IMG/VR virus record: IMGVR_UViG_3300045988_179398
Coordinates: 1 to 64,000 of that record
From: a virus
Direction: 5' to 3' (one strand)
Length of the DNA stretch: 64,000 nt
The translations under genes and the position numbers were made by a program. Positions 33,359 through 43,935 of the stretch are shown here, piece after piece. Positions within the stretch are counted from its first letter, which is position 1, and the number at the start of each line of letters is the position of its first letter. Below the pieces are notes generated by a model that saw nothing but the letters and a program-made list of their open reading frames with translations, was not told where the DNA came from and did no database searches.

Positions 33359-34051
33359 ATGACAACAACAACCAAAAAAGAAGCCATTGAAGAAGTGGTA
33401 AAAGAAACAAAACCCGCGGAAACCAAGGTAACAAAGAACGATAGTCTTGACACAAAAATGGCAAACTTGACTGACCTTATGTCACAGTTTGTTCAGGCGA
33501 TGATGGCAAATCAAGCTGCTCGCACAGAGGTTAGAACGCCCGAAGACAAAATTGTAATTGTTCATTTGGCACAGACCGACCCCCAACTTGGAACCACAAT
33601 TCACCTTTCCAACACAGAAATTGGAATGACCGAATTCGGCGAAGAAAGACAGCTTACGATACAGCAGTTCGAAGAATTGCTTTCGAAATACAGAAGCTGG
33701 TTTGCTAAGGGACTTTTGTGTGTGGCGGACGGCTACGAAGAGGCGGCTAAAAAATATGGCGTAACAACTGCGGGTTCTTGTCCCATAGATAAAACGTTCA
33801 TAAAGGGTCTCGGAGATATACCGATGAGTAAAATCGAAGAGGTTTACGCTAGACTTCCAGAATACGGAAAAGAGAACCTTGTAAGTTACTGGATTAGGTG
33901 TGCTTATGACGGAAATCCGAAATTCACCGATATGCGTAAATTAAGACAGCTTAACGATATAACGGGCGGCAAGTTCGACAATGTAATTATCGAGTTTGAC
34001 GGAAGAAAAGATACGACCGAAATCAATAGACCAAACATTGTAAGATACTAA
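33359..34051 (+). CDS. hypothetical structural-module protein (230 aa)
   Basis: Track ORF with AAAGGAG SD. Confidence 0.75.
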   Translation: MTTTTKKEAIEEVVKETKPAETKVTKNDSLDTKMANLTDLMSQFVQAMMANQAARTEVRTPEDKIVIVHLAQTDPQLGTTIHLSNTEIGMTEFGEERQLTIQQFEELLSKYRSWFAKGLLCVADGYEEAAKKYGVTTAGSCPIDKTFIKGLGDIPMSKIEEVYARLPEYGKENLVSYWIRCAYDGNPKFTDMRKLRQLNDITGGKFDNVIIEFDGRKDTTEINRPNIVRY

Positions 34052-34067
34052 TTTAATCAAACAAATA

Positions 34068-34105
34068 AAAGCCCCATTTTATTGCATGATAATTTGGGGC
34101 TTTTT
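34068..34105 (+). terminator. intrinsic terminator
   Basis: AAAGCCCCA...TGGGGCTTT stem followed by TT. Confidence 0.7.
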
Positions 34106-34134
34106 AATAAAAAAAATAACGGAGGGGAACACCA

Positions 34135-34845
34135 ATGATTCAGTTCTCAGATATTTACGAGCGGACGGTTAATCTTATTGATGACCCCGATATCAACAGA
34201 GCATATTTAACAAACACAATTGAATTTCAGAAAATAATGTACAATTTCCTCATCAACGGTTTAAGTTACTTTTCCAACCCGATAAAAGTATCCGACGCGC
34301 TTGCACAGTACGACAAACCGACTGGCGAGACAGAAGTCGGAAAGTGCGAAGCTGGGAAGCAGACTTACAATGTCACGATGGACATACCCAAAGACGCGGA
34401 AATTGTATTTTACATAGACACGCCGAATAAAAAAGGCGTGTTAATCAAACACCAAACGGAAGCGACTTATAACGCGGCCGCTAAAACCGTCGAGTTCGCG
34501 AACCCCGTGAACGATGGCGAACAATATGAAATCGAGTGGTATAAAGCAGGCGCATTTACGGCGGATTTTGTCGCCGCAGGGAAAGCAATCGGCGATTCTA
34601 TGACGAAACGTGTAACGGAAATACTCGCAAGAACAACGGTAATCGCGTGGGCAGAAAAAGAGCAAAATTTCTTGCTCGACATTCGCAACTTACTCAATGA
34701 TACCGACTTCAAGCTTCATTCCCCAGCGAACTCGTTAAAGACAAAAACCGACTGGGTAAAAGATTTGCAGTTCGAGATTTACTCGTTGCAAAACAAGCTT
34801 GATTGGGATTTACGGTGCAGGAGCGTGAGTTGGTATGGATACTAA
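34135..34845 (+). CDS. hypothetical virion-module protein (236 aa)
   Basis: Track ORF with GGAGGGG SD. Confidence 0.75.
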   Translation: MIQFSDIYERTVNLIDDPDINRAYLTNTIEFQKIMYNFLINGLSYFSNPIKVSDALAQYDKPTGETEVGKCEAGKQTYNVTMDIPKDAEIVFYIDTPNKKGVLIKHQTEATYNAAAKTVEFANPVNDGEQYEIEWYKAGAFTADFVAAGKAIGDSMTKRVTEILARTTVIAWAEKEQNFLLDIRNLLNDTDFKLHSPANSLKTKTDWVKDLQFEIYSLQNKLDWDLRCRSVSWYGY

Positions 34846-35185
34846 TACATTTGAGAACCGCATAATAATTTCCGACGCCGCAAAAAAGAAATTTCTCGAA
34901 AAACTTATCGGCAAGATGATAAAGATTTTGCACCTTGTTGAGGAGAGAGAAGAAACGGGAATTGACCCTCGTGATTTCATATACGGACAACTCGTCGAGT
35001 TAAACTCGGCTAACCAACTATTCGACAATGAACTGATTGAAATAATCGTAAAACTTAATGTGGTTTATCGCGATTTCAACCAAGTCGAATTTAAAGCAAT
35101 AAAAAAACAAATTTTCGAGATAAAGCGCAAAATCAATTATCTTATCGGTTTGATTGATGCTCGCGAGAAGGAGGCGGTGAAATGA
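34835..35185 (+). CDS. hypothetical protein (116 aa)
   Basis: Track ORF overlapping both neighbours. Confidence 0.65.
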   Translation: MDTNTFENRIIISDAAKKKFLEKLIGKMIKILHLVEEREETGIDPRDFIYGQLVELNSANQLFDNELIEIIVKLNVVYRDFNQVEFKAIKKQIFEIKRKINYLIGLIDAREKEAVK

Positions 35186-36486
35186 GCAAAGTAATAAACA
35201 GCGCGTTTACCCCAACTTCTTACGTTTACGATCTTGAAAACAACGTCGGCGCTAATAACGGAGAACCTTATAAAACAATTTCCCAAACGCCGAAGAATTA
35301 TTCAAAATACAATTACTATTTGCACACGTTGCAGGACAAAATCGACGCCGATTGGAAATATCGTCCTAACAGAGTTGACGTCGAAGAACAAGAGATCGAA
35401 GATTGGGGTACTGATAAATACACCCCGATTGAGGTTGTTATTCAGACGCTCAAAAACGATAAGGGCGAGAAACTTGCGGATGATTATAAGAAGCTCGTGT
35501 TCCGTGATATTCAACACAACAAACTTCTCGGAATGAAATACCGTTTCTCGTTCAACTTCGATCTCGAAGAAGATGACGTGGATAAGTTCTGCTGGCTCAT
35601 TACAAACCTAAACGAAACTGACCCGATGAGCGCGGTTGCAATAACTCGTTGCAACGGCACGATTGCCTCGGTTTTCAAGAACGCAGACGGTTATAACGAT
35701 GTTCATATCGAAGAGGTTATCGCAGGAACTGATTTGTCTGGAACTGGTTTTCATTTCAATGAAACGATTTTGACACAAAAAGACAGCATTGTGATGATTG
35801 TTCAAGCGAACGATTACACGCGTGGTTATTACGTAAACCAACGTTTCATCGTCGGTTACGACACGGTTTATAAAGTAACTAACATTGAAAATTACAACAG
35901 CAGAAGCACTTATAAAGCGAAGGATAACGGGTTAATCGTGTTATACGCGACCGTTGACCAAAAGAGCGAGCAAGACATCTTCGACAAAGAGGTTTACGGG
36001 AAAGAACACGTTTATCTCGCGTACAACAAAGCGGAAGACCAAATCACGGTTACGCCTCCCGACGTTAGCGAGGGTTATACGTTCAGATTCTACGAACCCG
36101 TTCCGATGCCGACCGAATTATACAGCGAACCGATTACGTTCAGAGTCGGTTTATTCCAAGGCGACGCGTTGGTCGAAGCGCCCGTCAATATCAGCATAAC
36201 GCTTGGTACGCTTGTGCCGTTTGCGGCTTATGACCCGAACACTTACGCGGGTTATGCGTTCCTTATCACGAAAGACGGAGAAGACTTCTACGTTGTCGAT
36301 ATGGCCGACTACGAAAAATACGTCGAAGTCGTTGATGACGACGATAAAGGTACGTTTACTCTTCGCAGACTGAAAGTTTACGCTCGCAAAGAACTCATCG
36401 TTATGGCTTATATATCGGCAGAAAACAGTCCGACAGGCAAAGAGATGAAACAATCGTTCGTTTTGAGCCTTCGTGGGCTTGAGTAA
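35182..36486 (+). CDS. hypothetical virion-module protein (434 aa)
   Basis: ATGA overlap with the upstream ORF. AAGGAGG SD. Confidence 0.75.
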   Translation: MSKVINSAFTPTSYVYDLENNVGANNGEPYKTISQTPKNYSKYNYYLHTLQDKIDADWKYRPNRVDVEEQEIEDWGTDKYTPIEVVIQTLKNDKGEKLADDYKKLVFRDIQHNKLLGMKYRFSFNFDLEEDDVDKFCWLITNLNETDPMSAVAITRCNGTIASVFKNADGYNDVHIEEVIAGTDLSGTGFHFNETILTQKDSIVMIVQANDYTRGYYVNQRFIVGYDTVYKVTNIENYNSRSTYKAKDNGLIVLYATVDQKSEQDIFDKEVYGKEHVYLAYNKAEDQITVTPPDVSEGYTFRFYEPVPMPTELYSEPITFRVGLFQGDALVEAPVNISITLGTLVPFAAYDPNTYAGYAFLITKDGEDFYVVDMADYEKYVEVVDDDDKGTFTLRRLKVYARKELIVMAYISAENSPTGKEMKQSFVLSLRGLE

Positions 36487-36510
36487 AAGTGAGAAAAGGA
36501 GGAAACGAAC

Positions 36511-37185
36511 ATGGGGCTTCCTATGTATTTTGACGACAACGGGTATAACCGTTATAACGACCTCGATGGGTTGGAGTGGCGAATTATACACGCGTTAGTA
36601 AACAGCGATTCGAAATATGGCAAGTATTTGTGGAAGTTGCTGAAATATAACACGCCTGATTGTCTTATGAACGATGAACTCAACAACAAAGAGAAGTATA
36701 AAATGGTTTATCGTGACAATGGCGACGCAGGCAATTATAACGTATTTTTACTTCCGTTCATCGACGACGGTTGGACAAAGCAGGCTTCGAGGCTTGACGT
36801 TTACGTGAGCCGAATTGAGCCTTTTGATCAAGTCCGCTCGAAAGTTGATGTAACGCTTGAAATTATAGTTCATAACAAAATCAACAATGTTTACGGCGAC
36901 GCGGATGACGAAGAAAACCCGCTGACCAACCCGACTGAAACCGATGAAGATGGGGACATCTTAATCCCGACGAAGAGCCGCGCGACCACTATTTTGAAGT
37001 GCGTTTTGGCTATTTTAAACGGCTTATACGTCGATGGCGTCGGTACGTTGCAGTGCAACCAACTGACAAGCCCGTATTGCGGGGTAAAGAGTTACGTCTG
37101 GAACGACCGCTCGTATTTTGGTTATTCGGTTACATTCTCGACGGTTATGGCGCAAGAAACGGTTAACCCTGATTGCGGCTGGTGA
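36511..37185 (+). CDS. hypothetical virion-module protein (224 aa)
   Basis: AAAGGAGG SD. Confidence 0.75.
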   Translation: MGLPMYFDDNGYNRYNDLDGLEWRIIHALVNSDSKYGKYLWKLLKYNTPDCLMNDELNNKEKYKMVYRDNGDAGNYNVFLLPFIDDGWTKQASRLDVYVSRIEPFDQVRSKVDVTLEIIVHNKINNVYGDADDEENPLTNPTETDEDGDILIPTKSRATTILKCVLAILNGLYVDGVGTLQCNQLTSPYCGVKSYVWNDRSYFGYSVTFSTVMAQETVNPDCGW

Positions 37186-37198
37186 GGCGGTGATTTGA

Positions 37199-38200
37199 GT
37201 GAAAATTTATAACCCGAATTTACCGCAAAGTCTCGTTGATGAGCTTAATCGGCTTAATGCGACGTATTTTCAATTCGATGAGCCCGTTCCATTTAAAGAC
37301 GGTTTGACGTTATACCCGATAAACGTTCGGTATCATGATGAATTTTTAGCTGCGTCGGAGTGTCTAACACTTAATAAAGACGACGTGGAAGGGAACGAGG
37401 AGAAAACTAACCTCGAATATCTTTTGCTGAAGATGAGTGGAAAAGCCGACTCGCAAGACAAAGATGGACCGCTGAAAGGCGCGTTAGAAAAAGCCGCCGA
37501 AGAGAAAAAGGCTAAGGAAGAGCAGGCTCGAATTTCGCAGTATTTTATACGCATTTGCGAGTTGGTTTTTCATGTGAAATATGGTATTCGTTGTGCGAAG
37601 TGCGGAAAAGTTTACGATTATCAAGAGTTTTTAATAAAAGCGCTTGATAAAGAGCATCCATTCCATTGCGAGTGTTATAAAGGCGAAGAAGGTAAGGAGG
37701 AAGACTTCGATATAAACATAAAATATCGAATGAATCCCGAAACTAAAAAATACGAAATTTTGATTAACGGAATTACGATAACGTCGGAAGACTTCGACCG
37801 TTTGAGACAAATTGTAATGTATCAAAATTTACCCGATTTTAAGGATGACACTTGGGTTGATCCCGATATGAGAGCCGATCAAGCGGAGAAACAAAGGCTT
37901 TTGGCGAAGAAAAACAATGCTGGAACTGCGACGCTTGAAAGAAAGATTGTTTGCGTTTCGGCGAAATCGTGTTATAAAATCGGAGATATTTACAAATTAA
38001 CGATGAGAAAATTCTTGATTTTGTTGTCTGCGATTGACGACGCGATGAATTATGAATGCACACGTATCGGTTTAATGACTGGTATGGTGAGTATGAAAGA
38101 ACCAGTTGAACACTGGATTTATAAGAAAGAATCTGATGATTTGTATGGCGGAGAGGCGGTAAGCCTTGATGAAATGAAACAAACTTTGGGTTCTGAATAA
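37199..38200 (+). CDS. hypothetical protein (333 aa, GTG start)
   Basis: GTG 37199 with GAGG upstream. Contains a CAKCG...HCEC cysteine cluster. Confidence 0.65.
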   Translation: MKIYNPNLPQSLVDELNRLNATYFQFDEPVPFKDGLTLYPINVRYHDEFLAASECLTLNKDDVEGNEEKTNLEYLLLKMSGKADSQDKDGPLKGALEKAAEEKKAKEEQARISQYFIRICELVFHVKYGIRCAKCGKVYDYQEFLIKALDKEHPFHCECYKGEEGKEEDFDINIKYRMNPETKKYEILINGITITSEDFDRLRQIVMYQNLPDFKDDTWVDPDMRADQAEKQRLLAKKNNAGTATLERKIVCVSAKSCYKIGDIYKLTMRKFLILLSAIDDAMNYECTRIGLMTGMVSMKEPVEHWIYKKESDDLYGGEAVSLDEMKQTLGSE

Positions 38201-38220
38201 TTTACAAAAATTATGGCTTT

Positions 38221-38250
38221 AAAAACGTGGTTAATCCGCTGCGTTTTTTT
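38221..38250 (+). terminator. A/U-rich hairpin with T-run
   Basis: AAAAACG...CGTTTTTTT flanking an inner GG/CC pairing. Confidence 0.45.
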
Positions 38251-38306
38251 ATTGCTTGATTTTAATATATATAAATTTATATAAATTAAAAAAGGAGAAA
38301 ATTAAT

Positions 38307-39170
38307 ATGGCTAATTATATTCTTGGCGATGTTATGAAGGCGCAGGCTTTTATATCTGTTAAAGATAAGACTGGTGACAGTTATCATCTTGAACCTTATT
38401 TCACTGCCAATACGATGACTGAAAGTACCATAAATATATCGACGACCGCTGAGGAAGTTCGTGGTGGCTGGGGCAACCAGTTGCTTGGTAAAATATTCCA
38501 TGATTCCAATTTTGCGGTAAACCTTACCGAAGCAGAGTGGTCTCTTGATTATCTTGCAGCGCAAATTGGTAAAACCATTGACAAAAAAGCCAATGGTATT
38601 AATATTAAAACTGGCAGGGGAACGATAGCTAAAACGACTGGAATACTTACTTTCAAAGAGGGTCAAGGACCCGCAACTGGTGAAACTATTGCCACCATAT
38701 TTGCCAATGCCAGCTCTTTCTGTGATGTCTCGAATACTGCTATAATGTGGGCGAAAGATTGCAAAGATAATGTATACACGATTACTGTCGGAGCTAACGA
38801 AGGAAAACCTGTATATACTGTTGTTGGTGATGCACCCACAGCAGATATCGACGTGTGTGTAACGTACCCGTTGCAGCAAGCTGATTGTGAATCTCTTATT
38901 GTTGAAGCAGCTTATGAACCTGCTGAGTTCAGTCTTTTCTTGTATGGTAAGATATTCAAAGGAAACGGCTGTCAGAAGTCTAAGACCAATAAGGTTGGAT
39001 ATTTTACGATTGAAATCCCGAGATTCCAGCTTGATGGTACAGTTGATCTTGCGATGAACCCGAGCTCTGCTGCTACTACTGGTCTTAATGGTTCTGCTCT
39101 TGCATATGGTTGTACTTGTGGCGGCGAACCCGAATATGCAAAAATTACTGTTGTTCTTGACAAAGAATAA
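38307..39170 (+). CDS. putative major tail/tube-type structural protein (287 aa)
   Basis: ATG 38307 (MANYILGDV...) preferred because AAAGGAG lies 8 nt upstream. Set between terminators as a highly expressed single gene. The family assignment is only a guess. Confidence 0.4.
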   Translation: MANYILGDVMKAQAFISVKDKTGDSYHLEPYFTANTMTESTINISTTAEEVRGGWGNQLLGKIFHDSNFAVNLTEAEWSLDYLAAQIGKTIDKKANGINIKTGRGTIAKTTGILTFKEGQGPATGETIATIFANASSFCDVSNTAIMWAKDCKDNVYTITVGANEGKPVYTVVGDAPTADIDVCVTYPLQQADCESLIVEAAYEPAEFSLFLYGKIFKGNGCQKSKTNKVGYFTIEIPRFQLDGTVDLAMNPSSAATTGLNGSALAYGCTCGGEPEYAKITVVLDKE

Positions 39171-39355
39171 TGGCTTGTAAATTTGCTATTGATAAAAATG
39201 GGCCAGTTCAAATAGCTTGTAGTAAATTACATAATATGAATTGTCCTTATCAATATTGGTGTACGACTTTTCATCGTTTTAATAGTACCGCCACTAAAGA
39301 TAAATGTAAATATTACGAAGAAGCCGAGAACTCGGAACAACTGAATAAAAAATAA
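39170..39355 (+). CDS. small Cys-rich protein (61 aa)
   Basis: TAATG overlap with the upstream gene. Weak SD. Seven Cys residues. Confidence 0.45.
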   Translation: MACKFAIDKNGPVQIACSKLHNMNCPYQYWCTTFHRFNSTATKDKCKYYEEAENSEQLNKK

Positions 39356-39362
39356 ATAAATT

Positions 39363-39409
39363 AGAACCCGTTGAATGTGTTATGCGATACGTTCGCGGGT
39401 TCTTTTTTA
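39363..39409 (+). terminator. intrinsic terminator
   Basis: AGAACCCG...CGGGTTCT followed by TTTTTAT. Confidence 0.6.
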
Positions 39410-39524
39410 TCTATCGTGCAATAAAACAAAACTTTTATTCAACGAAAATAGTAAAAAAGAGAGATAAAAGATAAGAAAAGAGGAATAATAACATAAAAAA
39501 TCTAAAATTATAAGGAGGTTTATT

Positions 39525-40427
39525 ATGTATTACTTAGACTATGCTAAAAAAGTAGACGATAGATATATACTTAACTTTTTCGCGGATTCCGCCGAGGATC
39601 TTAAAGACGTCCCCACGGATAAACCGTATATAACCCGTAACGGCACGAATTACGGTATACCGCTTGAAACGTCCGTTGTTACGATAATCGAGAAAGGCAC
39701 GAAGGTGAATTACGTGTTACAGAACGGCGCGTATATCGCTGGTGGAGATGTTGCACCCGTTGTTGGCACGCTCGAAGCTACCGAAAACAAAACTTATCTT
39801 GCGAAAGATGCCAACCTTGACGGTTATAGCCAAGTTGTGGTCAACGTTCAACCCACACTTCAGGAAAAATCGGCAACCCCGACGAAGGTGCAACAGGTTG
39901 TTACCCCCGAAGAAGGGTTTTATGGTTTGTCCAAAGTAACGGTCGCGAAAATACCTGATAACTACGTAATTCCGACTGGCGCGGTAGAAATTACGACTAA
40001 CGGCACTCACGACGTATCGGGAAAAGCGAGCGCGACGGTAAATGTTCAACCTAAATTACAGGAGAAGACCGCGACTGCTAACGGCGAAGTAACTCCAGAT
40101 GCTGCGTATGAAGGTTTGAGTAAGGTTACGATAAATGTTCAACCGAAACTCCAAGAAAAGAGCGTTACGGCGAATGGTGCGGTTACGCCCGACAGCGGTT
40201 TCCAAGGTTTGAGCAAAGTGACGGTCAACGTTCCCGCAACCCCGACCGAAGAAAAGACGGTTGAGTTAGCTCTCGCGAGTGGCAACCAAGTGATAACCCC
40301 GACCGCTGGGAAAAACATATCGAAAGTTACGATTACAAAGCCCGCGGAATTGCTTCCTGAAAACATCAAAAAAGGTGTGACGATCGCTGGCGTTGTAGGA
40401 ACTTATGAGGCAGCGCCGCAGGCTTAA
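39525..40427 (+). CDS. tail-associated protein with N-terminal domain shared with ORF 61536 and tandem 31-aa repeats
   Basis: MYYLDYAKKVDDRYILNFFADSAEDLKDVP...NGTNYGIP parallels MLYLNYAKPIQGGNILNFFADSEKDLEAVS...NGTDYGVP. Repeats have the form VNVQPKLQEK. Confidence 0.7.
   Translation: MYYLDYAKKVDDRYILNFFADSAEDLKDVPTDKPYITRNGTNYGIPLETSVVTIIEKGTKVNYVLQNGAYIAGGDVAPVVGTLEATENKTYLAKDANLDGYSQVVVNVQPTLQEKSATPTKVQQVVTPEEGFYGLSKVTVAKIPDNYVIPTGAVEITTNGTHDVSGKASATVNVQPKLQEKTATANGEVTPDAAYEGLSKVTINVQPKLQEKSVTANGAVTPDSGFQGLSKVTVNVPATPTEEKTVELALASGNQVITPTAGKNISKVTITKPAELLPENIKKGVTIAGVVGTYEAAPQA
40038..40223 (+). repeat. 2 x 93-nt in-frame tandem repeat (a more diverged third copy starts near 39840)
   Basis: VNVQPKLQEKTATANGEVTPDAAYEGLSKVT and INVQPKLQEKSVTANGAVTPDSGFQGLSKVT. 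Confidence 0.8.
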
Positions 40428-40465
40428 AGGCGTCGCTTAATTTAGATAAATAATCGAGGTACAAT

Positions 40466-40792
40466 ATGATTTCAATCAAAACATTTTACGCTTATGGTAA
40501 AGAAAAGCCAATTACAGGCGAGAGTTCTGTTATTTTTAACAATTCTGCGGAAACCCTCACTATGCAAGTTGACGAACTAGCGGGTAGTGTTGAGTTATAT
40601 GGTACCGCAGATTTCGATTCAAATATTTTTTACAAACTCACGGGCAATAATTTGTCTTTTGAGTTAGTAAACAAAATCACAACCGACGGGATTTACCACT
40701 TTTCAATTGAAGGCATTGCAAAAATCAAATTCGAGGTCGAAAATACCAATAAAGATTTGATTGTATTTTGCCGAATGACAAAGGGGGTATAA
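40466..40792 (+). CDS. hypothetical protein (108 aa)
   Basis: Track ORF with GAGG SD. Confidence 0.65.
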   Translation: MISIKTFYAYGKEKPITGESSVIFNNSAETLTMQVDELAGSVELYGTADFDSNIFYKLTGNNLSFELVNKITTDGIYHFSIEGIAKIKFEVENTNKDLIVFCRMTKGV

Positions 40793-40796
40793 TCTT

Positions 40797-43043
40797 ATGA
40801 CGGATAAATTAGCGAGAGATTTAGCATTAAGCGCTTTAGACAGAGTAAACAAAACAGTCGAAGGTGTTCCGAGAGATTATGTCGATGAGCATTTGTCGAG
40901 AAAAGTAGATAAGATAGAAAGTTCGTCCGCAAACCCACGGTTATACGGGGTTAGCGAGGCGGGGTCTCAAACTAGTTATTTCGCCACCCAAACTGCCAAC
41001 GCGCATACAATTCCGATAAGAGACGCGAGTGGCAGGTTCCAAGTAGAAAGCGGGTTGGCTCCGAAACAAGCCGTGAATAAAGAGCAGCTCGATGCTGCGA
41101 TAGAGGCGACTGCGAAGTTGTCGGAGCCCAATGCTTTTACGGAACAAAACACATTCACATCGGAAGTAAAGTTTTACGGAACCGTCGAACACACGTCCAA
41201 CGTGAACATAACAAATGGTTTTCTGAAAATATTAAATGGCAACGACAAAGATTACGTTACGACGTATAACGTCGACAATATTAAAGTTGAGGAAAACGGA
41301 AATGAATACACTTTGGCGTTTCCGACCCAATCTGGAACGTTGGCGTTGATGGGTGACATTACCACGAAGATAAATGAAAAAGTCGGGTTTAAGCATTCCG
41401 AGCTTAAAAACGAAGATGTGTTAAATAACGGCGTAATTCAAAAAGAGGATGTTTGGAAGACGGGGGATCCCGATGTGTCGTTAGTTGTTCAACACTCCGA
41501 TAGTACCAACCAATCAGGGTTGAATATCTCAAAGGCATTTGCGGAGATGGGCGTTCACGCTTTTGCGGGACAATCAACGGAAGCCGCGCAGATAATGATG
41601 ACGCCGAGCAGCATCAACATAACGAGTACAAAAAGCTCAGACACTTATACGACGGTTATCATAACCCCTGACGGAGCGACGCTGAATGGCGATCAGATTG
41701 CGACCGAAAAGACGGTTGACGCGAAAGTTGCGCGTATTCCCGAGGGTGTTGAATTAAGCGAACCCGAAAGCGCGATGCAGGGAAATTTGACGGAAGAGCA
41801 GCTCGGGAAACTCCAATTCAACAAAGCGAATTACATCCTTTTTGCGGGAAAGAAATACGACTTACGGAACGAGCGGGAGCAGAAAGACTCGCTGTCTTAC
41901 GTTTATAACGATTATTTGAACAACCGTTGCGTCCAAGATGTTATAACGATCACGGTTTCGAACCGTTCGTGGGTACGCAACTCATGCACGTTAGTAACAA
42001 ACAAAGATTATGGAGATGGGACAGCTGGCGCCGTGTCGATAAAGAAAGATTTTTCGGACGGGTTGGAAATAGCGACGACAGACGGGAATTTAAGCATATA
42101 CGGCGCAATTGACGCGGATATAGCGGGCAGGAACTCGAAACGACCGATTACAGCGACAAATCTCAATAAGGCGGTTTTAGCGGCGCTGACCGACGCGAGG
42201 AAAGTTGAACCGACCGAGCAGCAGAAGAGCGCTTTTAAGTCGGCATGGGGAATTATCGATGCGGCAAATCTGCTTGACGCTGAAATGTCTGATGAAAGCA
42301 CTAACGCGGTTCAAAACAAGGTTATCAAAGCGGAATTGGACAACCGCGTTAAGTGTTGTACGAACGTTCAAAGTGGGCAGGTAAAGGTTTACTGCGCGAC
42401 GCAGAATAATCCCAACGACGTTTGTTTGGTTTCGAGTTCGGGGACGCAAAGCTCGATTGCCCGATATACGTCGACGGGGCAGCTCGCCGTTGGAAGAGAG
42501 CCGAGTGGCGATATGGAAATTGCGAATAAGAAGTTCGTGGAGGGGATTGTCCCAAAGTACGGGGCGCAACTTCCCGATCCGACGAACGGCGCATATAAAG
42601 TTGGGTGTTCGTTCTTGAACACGACAACGGGTGGTTTGTACGTTTTGGTTACTTCTGGGAGCGCGAACAACCGCTCTTGGCAGTTACAAACTACGATTGA
42701 AAAGCCAAAATGGAGAAATACGTTACCGCACGTAAACGACACACAAATGGTGGACGAGGCGAAGGTTTTGTTCACGAAAGTCACGATAACGACGACCGAT
42801 AGCACGAACTTCCCTGGAATGAGTGGAAAGTCTGTAACGGTTCAAGGATTGAGTCTCGACGGGTTCGCGGCTGGCACGATTGTGTGTGATGAGACGACTG
42901 GCGACATAAAATATAGCCCTTGTTTTGTCGGTTCGATTACTTCGAGTAGGGCGTCTGGAATTCTGATAAAGGGTTCGAACGCGGTCGCAATCGTGAGCGC
43001 CGACAACCCGAGCGTGACGTTTACTTATGAATATTTGTGGTAA
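40797..43043 (+). CDS. tail fibre protein (748 aa)
   Basis: Fibre-like composition. The motif TIPIRDASGRFQV recurs in ORF 43447 as TVPIRDTAGRIQV. Confidence 0.6.
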   Translation: MTDKLARDLALSALDRVNKTVEGVPRDYVDEHLSRKVDKIESSSANPRLYGVSEAGSQTSYFATQTANAHTIPIRDASGRFQVESGLAPKQAVNKEQLDAAIEATAKLSEPNAFTEQNTFTSEVKFYGTVEHTSNVNITNGFLKILNGNDKDYVTTYNVDNIKVEENGNEYTLAFPTQSGTLALMGDITTKINEKVGFKHSELKNEDVLNNGVIQKEDVWKTGDPDVSLVVQHSDSTNQSGLNISKAFAEMGVHAFAGQSTEAAQIMMTPSSINITSTKSSDTYTTVIITPDGATLNGDQIATEKTVDAKVARIPEGVELSEPESAMQGNLTEEQLGKLQFNKANYILFAGKKYDLRNEREQKDSLSYVYNDYLNNRCVQDVITITVSNRSWVRNSCTLVTNKDYGDGTAGAVSIKKDFSDGLEIATTDGNLSIYGAIDADIAGRNSKRPITATNLNKAVLAALTDARKVEPTEQQKSAFKSAWGIIDAANLLDAEMSDESTNAVQNKVIKAELDNRVKCCTNVQSGQVKVYCATQNNPNDVCLVSSSGTQSSIARYTSTGQLAVGREPSGDMEIANKKFVEGIVPKYGAQLPDPTNGAYKVGCSFLNTTTGGLYVLVTSGSANNRSWQLQTTIEKPKWRNTLPHVNDTQMVDEAKVLFTKVTITTTDSTNFPGMSGKSVTVQGLSLDGFAAGTIVCDETTGDIKYSPCFVGSITSSRASGILIKGSNAVAIVSADNPSVTFTYEYLW

Positions 43044-43108
43044 TCAAAATATAAAAAAATGTTTCCCCTAGCCCCGAAAGGGGTTGGGGGAGAATAACGG
43101 AGGGAAAT

Positions 43109-43444
43109 ATGAATATAGATACGATTGTTTTATACGCGATAATTGGCATAATAGCCGTTTGCTTGCTTGTTTTTGTAATTACGTGGATTGTGAAATTCTG
43201 CAAAATGAGCAAAGAAGAAAAAATAAAAACGCTGAAAACTTATCTCAAAGGGCTTGTTTCGCTCGCGGAGCAGGAGATAGTCGGAAGCAAAATGGGCGAA
43301 GAAAAGCTCGCAATGGTCGAGGCATACTTTAACAAAAAAGCCCCGATAATATATAAAATCATACTTTCGTTGCTTGGGAAAGACAACCTGAAAGAATTCA
43401 TAGAGGAAGCTCTTAAAGAAATCAAAGAATCGTTCGGAGGTTAA
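43109..43444 (+). CDS. small membrane protein (111 aa), holin-like topology
   Basis: N-terminal TM IVLYAIIGIIAVCLLVFVITWIV and a charged C-terminus. A holin role is speculative. Confidence 0.6.
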   Translation: MNIDTIVLYAIIGIIAVCLLVFVITWIVKFCKMSKEEKIKTLKTYLKGLVSLAEQEIVGSKMGEEKLAMVEAYFNKKAPIIYKIILSLLGKDNLKEFIEEALKEIKESFGG

Positions 43445-43446
43445 TC

Positions 43447-43935
43447 ATGGCTGAATATCTTTCTACCCACACTGGGTTACGTGTCGACGAGGCGATCGCA
43501 AAAATCCCCGCTGGTAATCCAGGTGATAAATCGGTTATAGTCGTTAACACGGACGGAAAGCCTGAATACGCCCCTGCGACAACGGGGGTTGCCCCAAACA
43601 CGGTTCCAATTAGAGATACGGCGGGGAGAATTCAGGTTGCTGATGGCGTGAGCGATAGTGACGCGGCAAATTATGGACAGATCAAGAAATACGCTGACGA
43701 TAATTTTGTAAAAGCAAGAACAAATGTCACTGGCGAAAGTTTTGTATTATATGGAGCAAGTGCTGGTAATCCTAGCGATGGCGTTGAAATGGCTTTAACG
43801 GCAATTCCGTATACCGTTCCTCGAAGAGTTGCAAATGGGCAGATTTTTGTCGGAACACCTACCGAAGATTTACACGCCGTAAACAAGCAATACTTTGACA
43901 CAAATGTAACCACTTTCTCCGTGGAGGTGTGGTAA
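43447..43935 (+). CDS. tail fibre-related protein (162 aa)
   Basis: Shares the PIRD.aGR.QV...A.N motif with ORF 40797. Confidence 0.65.
   Translation: MAEYLSTHTGLRVDEAIAKIPAGNPGDKSVIVVNTDGKPEYAPATTGVAPNTVPIRDTAGRIQVADGVSDSDAANYGQIKKYADDNFVKARTNVTGESFVLYGASAGNPSDGVEMALTAIPYTVPRRVANGQIFVGTPTEDLHAVNKQYFDTNVTTFSVEVW

Noticed and set aside
39840-43043. Diversity-generating retroelement acting on the repetitive fibre genes
   Set aside because: There is no reverse transcriptase gene in the window and no template/variable repeat pair. The repeats are in-frame tandem structural repeats.
43050-43095. CCCC-TAG-CCCC-GAAA-GGGG-TT-GGGG hairpin after the 748-aa fibre gene, considered as a ribozyme or riboswitch
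   Set aside because: It is a simple GC hairpin with no conserved core motif and is most likely a transcript-stabilising or weak terminator structure.
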